The notes under the pieces: generated by a model | Databases searched by the model: none | Told to the model about the DNA's origin: nothing | Seen by the model: the letters and a program-made list of their open reading frames with translations, nothing else | Shown here: in pieces, positions 9,712-19,208 of the stretch | Numbering within the stretch: position 1 is the stretch's first letter | Layout of the letters: every line of letters begins with the position of its first letter | Assembly (NCBI GenBank): GCA_046295175.1 | Contig: JBKBNY010000004.1 | Span: 35,765-99,764 of the forward strand | DNA length: 64,000 bases | Reading direction: 5' to 3' | From: Spirosomataceae bacterium | Lineage (GTDB): Bacteria; Bacteroidota; Bacteroidia; Cytophagales; Spirosomataceae | Translations under genes and position numbers: made by a program

Positions 9712-9804
9712 TCTCTGCCATTCTGTCAGTATTTTAAGCCTTGGCACATCCATTGTTCAATAACTGTACAACAAATATTGTATAATTATTACTGACATAT
9801 AATC

Positions 9805-11706
9805 ATGGGAAAAATTATCGGAATTGACTTAGGAACAACCAACTCTTGTGTTGCTGTGATGGAGGGTAATGAGCCTGTTGTAATCGCAAACAGCGAAGGA
9901 GCTCGCACAACACCTTCGATTGTTGCATTTATGGACAACGGTGAGAAGAAAGTGGGTGCCCCTGCCAAACGCCAAGCAATTACAAATCCTAAAAACACAA
10001 TTCAATCTGTAAAGCGTTTCATGGGAAAACGCTACAATGAAGTAGGAAGCGAGCTTAAAACCATTGCTTACGATGTTGAGCAGGGTCCAAATAATACTCC
10101 ACGTGTAAAAATTGGAGACCGTCAATACACTCCACAAGAAATTTCTGCATTCATTCTTCAAAAAATGAAGCAAACTGCCGAAGATTACCTCGGTACAACC
10201 GTAACAGAGGCAGTTATTACAGTTCCTGCATATTTTAACGATGCCGAGCGTCAAGCTACTAAAGAGGCTGGTGTGATTGCTGGTTTGGATGTAAAACGTA
10301 TCATCAATGAGCCTACTGCGGCGGCATTGGCGTATGGTCTTGATAAACAAGGTAAAGATGCCAAAATCGCGGTTTTTGACCTTGGTGGTGGTACATTCGA
10401 TATTTCAATCTTGGAATTGGGTGATGGTGTATTTGAAGTAAAATCAACCGATGGTGATACTCACCTTGGTGGAGATGACTTCGACCAAGTAATCATTGAT
10501 TGGCTTGCCGAAGAATTCAAAAAAGACGAAGGTATTGATTTGAGAGTTGATGCAATGGCTCTTCAACGCTTAAAAGAAGCAGCAGAACGTGCTAAAATTG
10601 AATTGTCAAGTTCTACTCAAACAGAAATCAACCTACCATATATATTCCCTGTAAACGGAATCCCAAAACACTTAGTACGCTCATTAACTCGTGCCAAATT
10701 CGAGCAATTAGCCGATACTTTGATTCAACGTATGATTGAGCCTTGCCGTCGTGCCATGAAAAACGCTGGCATGAGTAATTCAGACATCGATGAAGTAATC
10801 TTAGTTGGTGGTTCGACTCGTATCCCAAGAGTTGTTGAAGAAGTTGAGAAATTCTTCGGCAAAAAACCTTCAAAAGGTGTAAACCCAGATGAAGCGGTGG
10901 CAATTGGTGCGGCAATCCAAGGTGGTGTTTTGACTGGTGAAGTTAAAGACATTCTATTGTTAGATGTTATTCCATTGTCGCTTGGTATCGAAACTTTAGG
11001 TGGTGTATTCACTAAGTTGATTGATGCCAATACGACGATTCCAACTAAAAAATCTGAAACATTCTCAACTGCGGCTGATAACCAACCAAGTGTAGAATTG
11101 CACGTCTTACAAGGCGAACGTCCAATGGCAAATCAAAACCGTACATTAGGACGATTCCACTTAGATGGTATTCCACCAGCACCAAGAGGAGTTCCTCAGA
11201 TTGAAGTAACTTTCGATGTTGATGCAAACGGTATCTTGAATGTAACAGCTAAAGACAAAGGTACTGGTCGTGAGCAGAAAATCCGTATTGAAGCATCAAG
11301 TGGTTTGACCGATGCCGAAATCGAAAAAATGCGTGCAGAAGCCAAAGCAAACGAAGCGGCTGATAAAGCAGAACGCGAATTAGTTGATAAAGTAAATGCT
11401 GCAGATACAATGGTTTTCAGCACCGAAAAACAATTGAAAGAATATGGCGATAAACTTTCGGCTGGCAATAAAACCGCAATCGAATCTGCATTGGCAGAAT
11501 TGAAGGCTGCACACGCCGCTCGTAACGCTTCTCAAATTGATGCTGCAATGGAGAAAATCAACGCTGCATGGCAAGCTGCATCGCAAGAAATGTACGCTGC
11601 AGGTGCTACTCCAGGGGCAGATGCAACTGGACAAGCTAATGGCCAATCGGCTGGTGCAACTGCAGACGAAGGTGTAACAGATGTAAATTACGAAGAAGTA
11701 AAATAA
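9805..11706 (+). CDS. dnaK: Molecular chaperone DnaK (Hsp70)
   Basis: 633 aa with [23 protein letters not shown] and [11 protein letters not shown]. Confidence 0.98.
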   Translation: MGKIIGIDLGTTNSCVAVMEGNEPVVIANSEGARTTPSIVAFMDNGEKKVGAPAKRQAITNPKNTIQSVKRFMGKRYNEVGSELKTIAYDVEQGPNNTPRVKIGDRQYTPQEISAFILQKMKQTAEDYLGTTVTEAVITVPAYFNDAERQATKEAGVIAGLDVKRIINEPTAAALAYGLDKQGKDAKIAVFDLGGGTFDISILELGDGVFEVKSTDGDTHLGGDDFDQVIIDWLAEEFKKDEGIDLRVDAMALQRLKEAAERAKIELSSSTQTEINLPYIFPVNGIPKHLVRSLTRAKFEQLADTLIQRMIEPCRRAMKNAGMSNSDIDEVILVGGSTRIPRVVEEVEKFFGKKPSKGVNPDEAVAIGAAIQGGVLTGEVKDILLLDVIPLSLGIETLGGVFTKLIDANTTIPTKKSETFSTAADNQPSVELHVLQGERPMANQNRTLGRFHLDGIPPAPRGVPQIEVTFDVDANGILNVTAKDKGTGREQKIRIEASSGLTDAEIEKMRAEAKANEAADKAERELVDKVNAADTMVFSTEKQLKEYGDKLSAGNKTAIESALAELKAAHAARNASQIDAAMEKINAAWQAASQEMYAAGATPGADATGQANGQSAGATADEGVTDVNYEEVK

Positions 11707-11727
11707 TCGTAATAAATATAGATTACT

Positions 11728-11757
11728 AAAGGCTCTCCAAATGGAGAGCCTTTTTTG
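11728..11757 (+). terminator. Intrinsic terminator after dnaK
   Basis: AAAGGCTCTCC pairs with GGAGAGCCTTT across loop AAAT, followed by a T-run. Confidence 0.75.
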
Positions 11758-11871
11758 TAACCGTTTGATAATCAGCACTACCGTTAAATAAAATGCGTAA
11801 TTATACTTGAAGAAATTGCTGAAAATTTATTCTAAATTAGCTTCTGTTGTTCTACCCTAAAATTTAATAGC

Positions 11872-13848
11872 ATGAAAGCTTTTCTAAAACTAATTATTGA
11901 CATCCTTAGTGCAATTCGTCGTTGTTTTATTCCTGTAGGATTCGTAATTATTAATCTACTGATTGTATGGTTTATTTTAAGTACTGAACAAGCACAAGAT
12001 ACGCTTGAACAAATCAATACAGACAATAGAAAAGATTATATCGTTTTAGTAAGTTTATCAATCTGGGCTTTAATTATCTACATTAATTCGCACGTAGCAC
12101 TTAGATACTCATTAATTTATGATGACTGTACACCCGAACAAGTCGTAAAATTCTGCGACTTAATGATTCAGAAAATTCCTGTTTCATTGGTATTCGGAAT
12201 GTATCTATTAGTGTTATCACAAATACCTCAAATCTCGTTTGAATCATCAATTTTTAGAAATTATTTAGTTTCATTAATCCTATCAATATTATTATTCGGT
12301 TTTGTCGAATACAAAAAACTACTACCTAAAATTGCACCGTACAAAGAAAAAATCAATCAATTTTTTAGCACCAAATGGATTACTGAAATTCTAAAAAAAG
12401 GTAAAAACACTTCAATATTGTATTTGATGATTGTAATATTAGGAATAATCCAGTTAATATATATTTATCTGTTTTTTTGGTTTGAAGTAGAACTAAGCTC
12501 GATGTTCTCAACTTTTGAAGTAATAATTTTTGCAGCGAGTTTCTGGTTATTTCCATCACTATTTTTAAGTGTATTATCAGGGCGATACCGAATCTCAGCA
12601 TATACAATATTTGTAATTTACATTTGGTTTATTAGTGAGTTCAATAATAACCATGAAATCAGGACATTTGAGGATACCGACCATATAATCAACGAAAGAT
12701 TTACAGACACAACTTACCTCAGAAAATGGGTTGAAGAATTAATTGCAGAGGAGAATAAATTAGGAAATCAGAACGGAGTGATACCAATCTATTTGATTGC
12801 GGGAGAGGGAGGCGGAATAAGAGCTGCTTACTGGACAGGGAATCTACTTACAAAGTTTGATAGTGTTGACGACCGATTTAATCGAAGAATCTTAGCCTTT
12901 TCAAGTGTTTCGGGAAGTACCTTAGGAGTAGGCTTTTATCAATCACTTAAATTTCAAAAAGAGAAAAAAATAAATGATAAAATGCAAAAAGTATGCGGAA
13001 ATGATTTTTTAACTCCGCTTGCTATCGGTTTTTTATTTAGAGATATGATTCAGAGGATGATTCCTTTACCGATACCGCAATTTGATAGAGCTCGTTTTTT
13101 AGAGGATGGTTTTTCTTATTATTATTCTAAAAATATTCAAAAAAGTACACTTGATAGTTCATTTTTGACTATCAATAAATTAGTAAATTACTCTAATCCT
13201 ATTGTAATTTATAATTCAACTGAAGTTGAAACCGGTCGGAAATCTGTAATTTCTAACGTAAAACCAACAGATAACTATTTTTGGGATACAGTTGATGCTT
13301 TGGATAGTATTAAAGCAGATATTCCATTAAAAACAGCAATTTCACTAAGTGCAAGGTTTCCGATTGTGACTCCGCCAGCACTAATAAAAAGGGATGGAAA
13401 AAAAATTGTGCATTTAGTAGATGGTGGTTACTTTGAGAACACCGGTCTCCACACGATTTTCCAAATATTGAGAATGATGAATGGTACACTGAAACCTTCA
13501 CAAAAACTAAGAATAAGACCAACAATCTTATTTTTAAAAAATGGGGGAACTGAATTAAACATGAACCCAAAAACAAAAAGGGTTGATGCCTTGAAAAATG
13601 ATTATGAATATGCTCCTATTTATGCTTTTATTAATGCTTGGGATAGAAAAAGCATTCCGATACATTATGAATTGTCAAAAATTGTGTGCGAAATCTACAA
13701 AACACCATCTATTGACACAGAAGCTAATATAATACCATATTACCTCAATCGAAAGCAAAGAAAACTGCCTTTGGGATGGACATTGTCAGATAAATCAAAA
13801 GAAGAAATACAGAGGCAAGTAATACAAATGCCAGTGGTTTTAAGATGA
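11872..13848 (+). CDS. Multi-pass membrane protein fused to a cPLA2/patatin-like lipase domain
   Basis: 658 aa. The N-terminal ~270 aa carry about 7 hydrophobic helices. They are followed by GEGGGIRAAYW (oxyanion GGGxR), SVSGSTLG (cPLA2-like GxSGS nucleophile elbow) and VDGGYFENTG (catalytic Asp). Confidence 0.7.
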   Translation: MKAFLKLIIDILSAIRRCFIPVGFVIINLLIVWFILSTEQAQDTLEQINTDNRKDYIVLVSLSIWALIIYINSHVALRYSLIYDDCTPEQVVKFCDLMIQKIPVSLVFGMYLLVLSQIPQISFESSIFRNYLVSLILSILLFGFVEYKKLLPKIAPYKEKINQFFSTKWITEILKKGKNTSILYLMIVILGIIQLIYIYLFFWFEVELSSMFSTFEVIIFAASFWLFPSLFLSVLSGRYRISAYTIFVIYIWFISEFNNNHEIRTFEDTDHIINERFTDTTYLRKWVEELIAEENKLGNQNGVIPIYLIAGEGGGIRAAYWTGNLLTKFDSVDDRFNRRILAFSSVSGSTLGVGFYQSLKFQKEKKINDKMQKVCGNDFLTPLAIGFLFRDMIQRMIPLPIPQFDRARFLEDGFSYYYSKNIQKSTLDSSFLTINKLVNYSNPIVIYNSTEVETGRKSVISNVKPTDNYFWDTVDALDSIKADIPLKTAISLSARFPIVTPPALIKRDGKKIVHLVDGGYFENTGLHTIFQILRMMNGTLKPSQKLRIRPTILFLKNGGTELNMNPKTKRVDALKNDYEYAPIYAFINAWDRKSIPIHYELSKIVCEIYKTPSIDTEANIIPYYLNRKQRKLPLGWTLSDKSKEEIQRQVIQMPVVLR

Positions 13849-13850
13849 AA

Positions 13851-13880
13851 AAAGGTCGTTGGCAAAGCCAATGACCTTTC
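13851..13880 (+). terminator. Hairpin terminator after the lipase gene
   Basis: AAAGGTCGTTGGC pairs with GCCAATGACCTTT with one G-U pair. The T-run is short. Confidence 0.45.
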
Positions 13881-14013
13881 TAATTCCCAAAATACCATCA
13901 CCTTAAAAGTGATTTCTAATACAATTAACGAAAGTATTTCCTAAACGTTATTGCTTAAACTACCAATTTGAAATACACTAAGACGAATGCCACGAATTAA
14001 TAGATTATAGATG

Positions 14014-14712
14014 TCACCTATTGATTCGTTTTAATAAGTCTTCGGCGTATTGTTCACTTACAGGTACAGTAGCATTGGCAATGTTTATTTTGAGATTTCT
14101 GATTGAGTCAATTTTATCTAAACTTACAATAAATGATTTATGTACTCTCATAAAATTCATTACTTGTAGTTTTTCTTCAATGCTTTTCATTGTCATTCTT
14201 GTAATTACCGGGCGGCTCTGAGTCGAAAGGTAAATTTTGATATAATCTTTCAAACCTTCAATGTAAGTAATATCAGCGTAGCGAATCTTAACTAATGAGT
14301 AATCGGCATTAACAAAGAAATATTCTTCGGTAGGTTTTACTATGTTATTGTGAGATTTAAGGTTAAAGATTTCTTGAGCCTTGTTGCAGGCCTTTAAAAA
14401 ACGCTCGAATGAAACTGGTTTCAATAAGTAATCTACAACATCCAATTCAAAGCCTTCAAGTGCAAATTGCTCATAGGCTGTAATGAAGATGACTAACGGA
14501 TTATTTGTTAGACTTTTAAGAAACTGAATGCCCGTAATGCCGGGCATCTGAATATCTAAAAAAATCAAATCTACTGGTTCGGTTTGAAGTACTTCCATCG
14601 CCTCAAAGGCATTCTGGCAGGTTTTGACCAAATGTAGGTTTGGTACTTGTTTAATATTATCTTCGAGTAAATCTAATGCTAAGGGTTCGTCATCTACTGC
14701 AATACAACGCAT
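14014..14712 (-). CDS. LytTR-family response regulator (REC + LytTR)
   Basis: 232 aa with MRCIAVDDEPLAL..DLIFLDIQMPG (receiver) and a C-terminal LytTR domain (FMRVHKSFIVSL). Confidence 0.9.
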   Translation of the reverse strand: MRCIAVDDEPLALDLLEDNIKQVPNLHLVKTCQNAFEAMEVLQTEPVDLIFLDIQMPGITGIQFLKSLTNNPLVIFITAYEQFALEGFELDVVDYLLKPVSFERFLKACNKAQEIFNLKSHNNIVKPTEEYFFVNADYSLVKIRYADITYIEGLKDYIKIYLSTQSRPVITRMTMKSIEEKLQVMNFMRVHKSFIVSLDKIDSIRNLKINIANATVPVSEQYAEDLLKRINR

Positions 14713-14723
14713 CTTTATAAATT

Positions 14724-15845
14724 TTATTGATAAACTGTACTTTCTAACACTCTGGACTGAATGTTTCTCGGATTTGGTTTAAACGAGGTTTTGAGTGTAA
14801 GCTCTAATCTAACCGAATATAAACCGTTTTCTTGTGAAATAATTAATTCATGGTTGTTTGGATATAATAATTCAAGTCTTCGGCGAACATTATGTAATCC
14901 AATACCCGAATTCCCGTCTTTTGTTTCTACAAAATCACTATTAAATTTATTTTCGACTTCAAAGATAAGTTTATTTTCTTCGATTTGCATCAAAATATCA
15001 ATAGTTGGTGATTTTACAAGGCTAACACCGTGTTTGAACGAGTTTTCGATGAACGGAATCAGCAACATTGGCTCAATCGTTTTACTCGATGTTACATTAT
15101 AAGACTCAAAATTTATTTGAACATACCCACCAAACCTCAACTTTTGTAAATCAATATAGCTTTGCAAATATTTTAATTCTTTGTCTAATGTTACAAGCGA
15201 ATCATCAGATTCGTAAAGCATGTATCTCAATAATTCTGACATTTTAATCAAAACTGGTTCAACCATATCTGATTTTTTTCGAGCCAATGAAACTAAACTA
15301 TTGAGGAGATTGAACATAAAATGTGGAGAAATCTGAGAACGTAAAAAAGAAAGTTCAGACTTCATTCTTTCGCTTTCTAACTCTCTTTGGTTGATTTGAG
15401 CATTATTATAATCCATAAAAAAACGATAACCAATGCTGATTGCAAATACCGAAATTAAGAGCATCAATGTACTCGGACTAAAGTATTTGTATTTGAATTG
15501 TTCAAATAAAGCCGACTTTAGCATGTAGTTGAGGTTTCCGAGAGCATAAAAGATTGCGACCACAATCACCGCGTAGAGAATCATTCCTCTGGTTTTTAAA
15601 ACTTTTGGAATCAGGATTTCGGAATTTAAATAGAAAATAAGTATCGAGAAAAAGTTAATAAATAGAATTATATAAAGTTGTATTGTGATTTTTCCTTCGT
15701 CTGTGAAAAGTTGTAAAGTAGCATCGCTCGGAAGCAGAATTAACAAAATCGGAAAGTACATGTAACAAACCCAGAGGATTACATGCAGTAAAACTTTGTT
15801 CTTATTAAATTTTTCCATAGAATAGATGAAGTAAAATTTCTTCAA
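14724..15845 (-). CDS. Sensor histidine kinase, LytS/YehU type
   Basis: 373 aa with N-terminal TM helices, then QISPHFMFNLLNSL (His_kinase) and an HATPase region (GIGLHNVRRRL). The true start may be the internal Met (MEKFNKN..). Confidence 0.8.
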   Translation of the reverse strand: MKKFYFIYSMEKFNKNKVLLHVILWVCYMYFPILLILLPSDATLQLFTDEGKITIQLYIILFINFFSILIFYLNSEILIPKVLKTRGMILYAVIVVAIFYALGNLNYMLKSALFEQFKYKYFSPSTLMLLISVFAISIGYRFFMDYNNAQINQRELESERMKSELSFLRSQISPHFMFNLLNSLVSLARKKSDMVEPVLIKMSELLRYMLYESDDSLVTLDKELKYLQSYIDLQKLRFGGYVQINFESYNVTSSKTIEPMLLIPFIENSFKHGVSLVKSPTIDILMQIEENKLIFEVENKFNSDFVETKDGNSGIGLHNVRRRLELLYPNNHELIISQENGLYSVRLELTLKTSFKPNPRNIQSRVLESTVYQ

Positions 15846-15891
15846 AATACTAAGAAGTAGCTTATTTCACAATTAATTTGTTTTAATCTCA

Positions 15892-15920
15892 CAAAAAAAC
15901 CTCGAATAAATCGAGGTTTT
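15892..15920 (-). terminator. Intrinsic terminator after the amylase-MFS operon
   Basis: AAACCTCGA pairs with TCGAGGTTT. On the minus strand it is followed by TTTTTTT. Confidence 0.65.
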
Positions 15921-15957
15921 GGTAAAAAAATCTTTATTTAAGTTAAAATAATATCAG

Positions 15958-17316
15958 TTATTTTACGTTGTCGTCAACAAATCTTACACAAATTGCGGCA
16001 ATAATAAAACAAACCCCTCCCATCATAACTGCATAAATGGCTTGTCCACCATAAAGGCTTTTGACAATTGGTCCACCGATAACTCCATTGATAATTTGCG
16101 GAATTGTAATAAAAAAGTTAAATATACCCATATAAATCCCCATTTTGGCTGGAGGAATAGACCCTGCTAAAATTGCATAAGGCATTGCCAAAATACTCGC
16201 CCAGGCAATTCCGACTCCAATCATTGGCAGGATGAGTAACTTATAATCACCAATGAAAAATATTGAAATCAACGAAAGTCCACCGATTAAAAGTGATAGC
16301 ATATGTGTATTTTTTCTTCCATATTTTTTTGAAATTGTAGGTAAAAGAAATGCATATACCATCGAAACAAAATTGTAAACAGCAAAGATTACACCGACCC
16401 AATCTGCTGCTTTATTGTAATCAGAAGTATTAGTTTGGCTGTCATTTAATTGAAAAAAATGCTGTGCGATAGCAGGTGTTGTAAATACCCACATAGAAAA
16501 TAAACCAAACCAAGAAAAAAACTGCACTAAGCCGAGTTGTTTCATTGTTCTTGGCATATTTCCAAAATCTTTGAATATTTCTAAAAAATTGGACTGATGT
16601 TCTTTGGTGTCAGAATGTCCTTCGAATTCTCTCACTTGTTCAGGAGAGTATTCAGAAGTAGTAAAAATCGTCCACAAAATACAAAAGAGCAAGGCTGCCG
16701 CACCAAGAATAAATGAATATTTTAAGTAGTCAGGAACGCTACCACTTTTAAATGATTCTTTAAAGAAAAAAGAAAAAAGTATGGGAAGTAATGAACCAAA
16801 AACAGCTCCTATACCAATCAAAACTGTTTGAATTGAAAATCCAGTGGTGGTTTGTGCATCGTTCAGTTTATCAGCAACTAATGCCCTGAAAGGCTCCATT
16901 GCAATATTGAAAGAAGCATCCATTATCATCAGAAAACCAGCACCCACCCACAAGGCTGGTAAGAAACTTACGAACAAATCAGCATTGGGCATCAGTATCA
17001 AACCGATTGAAGCAAGAATGGCACCTGCCAAAAAGAAAGGCCTGCGGCGACCCAATTTTGTCCAAGTTTTGTCAGAATAATGTCCAATTATTGGCTGAAC
17101 AATCATACCAGTTAGTGGAGCAACCAGCCAAAACCAAGAGAGATGCTCAACATCGGCACCAAAGTTTTGTAGAATTCGACTTGCGTTGGCATTTTGAAGT
17201 GCGAAACCCATCTGGATTCCCATAAATCCAAAACTCATGTTCCAGATTTGGGCTGATGTAAGGTTAGGTTTTTGTTTTTTTGTCATATAGGTTAAAGTTA
17301 ATTTTATATTCGCCAT
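15958..17316 (-). CDS. MFS sugar transporter (SLC45/GPH-like, probable maltose/maltodextrin importer)
   Basis: 452 aa, about 12 TM, with the RRRPF motif. Its ATG overlaps the amylase TAA by 1 nt (TAATG). Confidence 0.8.
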   Translation of the reverse strand: MANIKLTLTYMTKKQKPNLTSAQIWNMSFGFMGIQMGFALQNANASRILQNFGADVEHLSWFWLVAPLTGMIVQPIIGHYSDKTWTKLGRRRPFFLAGAILASIGLILMPNADLFVSFLPALWVGAGFLMIMDASFNIAMEPFRALVADKLNDAQTTTGFSIQTVLIGIGAVFGSLLPILFSFFFKESFKSGSVPDYLKYSFILGAAALLFCILWTIFTTSEYSPEQVREFEGHSDTKEHQSNFLEIFKDFGNMPRTMKQLGLVQFFSWFGLFSMWVFTTPAIAQHFFQLNDSQTNTSDYNKAADWVGVIFAVYNFVSMVYAFLLPTISKKYGRKNTHMLSLLIGGLSLISIFFIGDYKLLILPMIGVGIAWASILAMPYAILAGSIPPAKMGIYMGIFNFFITIPQIINGVIGGPIVKSLYGGQAIYAVMMGGVCFIIAAICVRFVDDNVK

Positions 17317-19109
17317 TACTTAATTTCAAAAACATAAACCGAATTTGCTGCCAAATCAATTTTTAAACCAGATGGAGCATCAGTACTTATTTCTAAGCCT
17401 TTGTTCATGAAAATTTCAGTAAATTTATAATTTCCGTTAGGATTCAATCCCATCAATTCAAACGCATGTTGGGGTATTCTGACTGTGGTAGAATATGATT
17501 TTTCTAAGTCAAAGTTGCAAATAAACAACAATTTTTGATTTTTCGTATATCTCAAATAACTAAAAATCTTGTAGTCGTTGTATCCCATCGACTGTCCGTC
17601 TTTATTGACATACTGTAAATCATAAAACGCTCCATTTTTAATAGCATCACTTTTCTGGGAGAAGTTAAGTAAATCAGTGTAAAATTTACGCAACTTTTTT
17701 TGCTCGGCAGATAATTTAGCACCATCAAATTTGCCTTCATTTACCCAAGCTTGAAACTCAGGGACACCCCAATAATCAAAAATTGTTGTTCGACCATCTT
17801 CACCCTGAAAACCCTCAGCTTGAGTTGGGTTCACCCCTACTTCTTGTCCAAAATAAACCATTATCGGCCCACCGTGTAGCGTTGCAGAAAGCGTCATGGC
17901 TGGAATCGCATGAAACGGATTTTTTGCAAAATATTTTGATGCAATACGCTGTTCATCGTGATTTTCAAGAAAACGTAGCATTCTATTGCCAAAATCACCC
18001 GATTCTCTCTGCCAAACAGTCGTAATATCATTGGCATTTCCATGTCCTTCCATCAATCGGCGAAGAGCATCATACAAACCTACTTTATCGTACAAATAAT
18101 CAAATTTTCCGTTAAAAAGATAATTTTTATATTCGTTAGGATTATAAATCTCCGCAATAAATATTACTGATGGATTCACTTTTTTGATTTCTGGTATTAC
18201 CCAACCCCAAAATTCAACCGGAACCATTTCGGCCATATCACATCGAAAACCATCAACCCCTTTTTTAGCCCAAAAAGTAAGAATATCTCTCATTTTAAGC
18301 CATGTGTCTGGAATCGGTTCAAAATGTTTTGTCCGGTTATTCAGGTAATCGACACCATAATTCAATTTTATTGTCTCAAACCAATCATTTATGCTTGGTT
18401 TTGCCGAAAAAACATCATTTCCTGTTGCCTTTGCTGGATTTTCGGAGTAATAACCGCTTGGTTTTATCGGAGGATTCACTCCATCAGGAACATGAAAATC
18501 TTGGTTTGGAATGTAGTAAAAATTATTAGAATTCTTAAATACTCCCGATTTATCGTCATCCTCACCAAAATCTTTGACACCTTTTGGTTTAGCATCAGAG
18601 TTATATTGTCTTGCTACGTGATTCGGAACACAATCTATGATTACTTTGAGACCGTTTTTATGTGTTCTGTCCACCAAAGCCTCAAATTCTTTCATCCGAT
18701 TCTTGACATTTACCGCCAAGTCGGGATTTACGTCATAATAATCTTTGATTGCATAAGGTGAACCCGCAATTCCTTTCACAACCAACGGATTATCTTGTTT
18801 GATTTTGAATTTAGAATAATCTGTCATTGTTGCGTGTTCGATTACACCCGTGTACCAAACATGCGAAACTCCAAACTTTTTAAGCTCAACAAGAGCTTTA
18901 TCAGTGATGTCATTAAATTTCCCACAACCATTCTCTTCGATAGTTCCGTTAAACTTATTTGTCGTCTTTGTGTTTCCAAAAAGGCGAGTAAAAATCTGGT
19001 AAACAGCAATTTTGTCAGTCTTTTCTTTGGTCATTTTTTTTGAAGTCTGGGCAATGCTCATTTGTGCAAAAATCAAACAGAATATTGCCAAATTAAAGGT
19101 TATTTTCAT
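17316..19109 (-). CDS. GH13 alpha-amylase family protein (secreted)
   Basis: 597 aa with a signal peptide. Motifs: DCVPNH, GVDGFRCDMAEM, FIAEIY and FLENHDEQR. Confidence 0.85.
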   Translation of the reverse strand: MKITFNLAIFCLIFAQMSIAQTSKKMTKEKTDKIAVYQIFTRLFGNTKTTNKFNGTIEENGCGKFNDITDKALVELKKFGVSHVWYTGVIEHATMTDYSKFKIKQDNPLVVKGIAGSPYAIKDYYDVNPDLAVNVKNRMKEFEALVDRTHKNGLKVIIDCVPNHVARQYNSDAKPKGVKDFGEDDDKSGVFKNSNNFYYIPNQDFHVPDGVNPPIKPSGYYSENPAKATGNDVFSAKPSINDWFETIKLNYGVDYLNNRTKHFEPIPDTWLKMRDILTFWAKKGVDGFRCDMAEMVPVEFWGWVIPEIKKVNPSVIFIAEIYNPNEYKNYLFNGKFDYLYDKVGLYDALRRLMEGHGNANDITTVWQRESGDFGNRMLRFLENHDEQRIASKYFAKNPFHAIPAMTLSATLHGGPIMVYFGQEVGVNPTQAEGFQGEDGRTTIFDYWGVPEFQAWVNEGKFDGAKLSAEQKKLRKFYTDLLNFSQKSDAIKNGAFYDLQYVNKDGQSMGYNDYKIFSYLRYTKNQKLLFICNFDLEKSYSTTVRIPQHAFELMGLNPNGNYKFTEIFMNKGLEISTDAPSGLKIDLAANSVYVFEIK

Positions 19110-19130
19110 CTTAGGTTAAAGTTAAAGTTC

Positions 19131-19138
19131 CAAATCTA
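19131..19138 (-). promoter_or_regulatory. -7 promoter box (TAGATTTG on the minus strand) for the amylase-MFS operon
   Basis: The reverse complement of CAAATCTA matches TAnnTTTG, 22 nt upstream of the ATG at 19109. Confidence 0.4.
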
Positions 19139-19208
19139 ATTAGGTTTTTTGTATGAAAAAATATTTTGTTTGTGTTATTTTGCTATTGAATACTTTACTT
19201 TAACCTTT

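Noticed and set aside
9789-11778. Seven minus-strand ORFs (60-173 aa) overlapping dnaK
   Set aside because: They are shadow ORFs opposite a highly conserved dnaK frame, with no recognisable domains.
11872-13848. Patatin-like lipase as a CBASS (CapV-type) effector
   Set aside because: No CD-NTase/cyclase, Cap2/Cap3 or other CBASS component lies within many kb. The flanks are dnaK and a two-component system. I kept it only as a stand-alone oddity.
17552-19043. ORFs inside the GH13 gene: plus-strand antisense 17783-18025, 18302-18529, 18324-18761 and 18795-19043, plus same-strand out-of-frame 17552-17740
   Set aside because: They lie wholly within the amylase CDS. Their composition is Cys/Phe/Ile-rich, typical of non-coding frames in AT-rich DNA.
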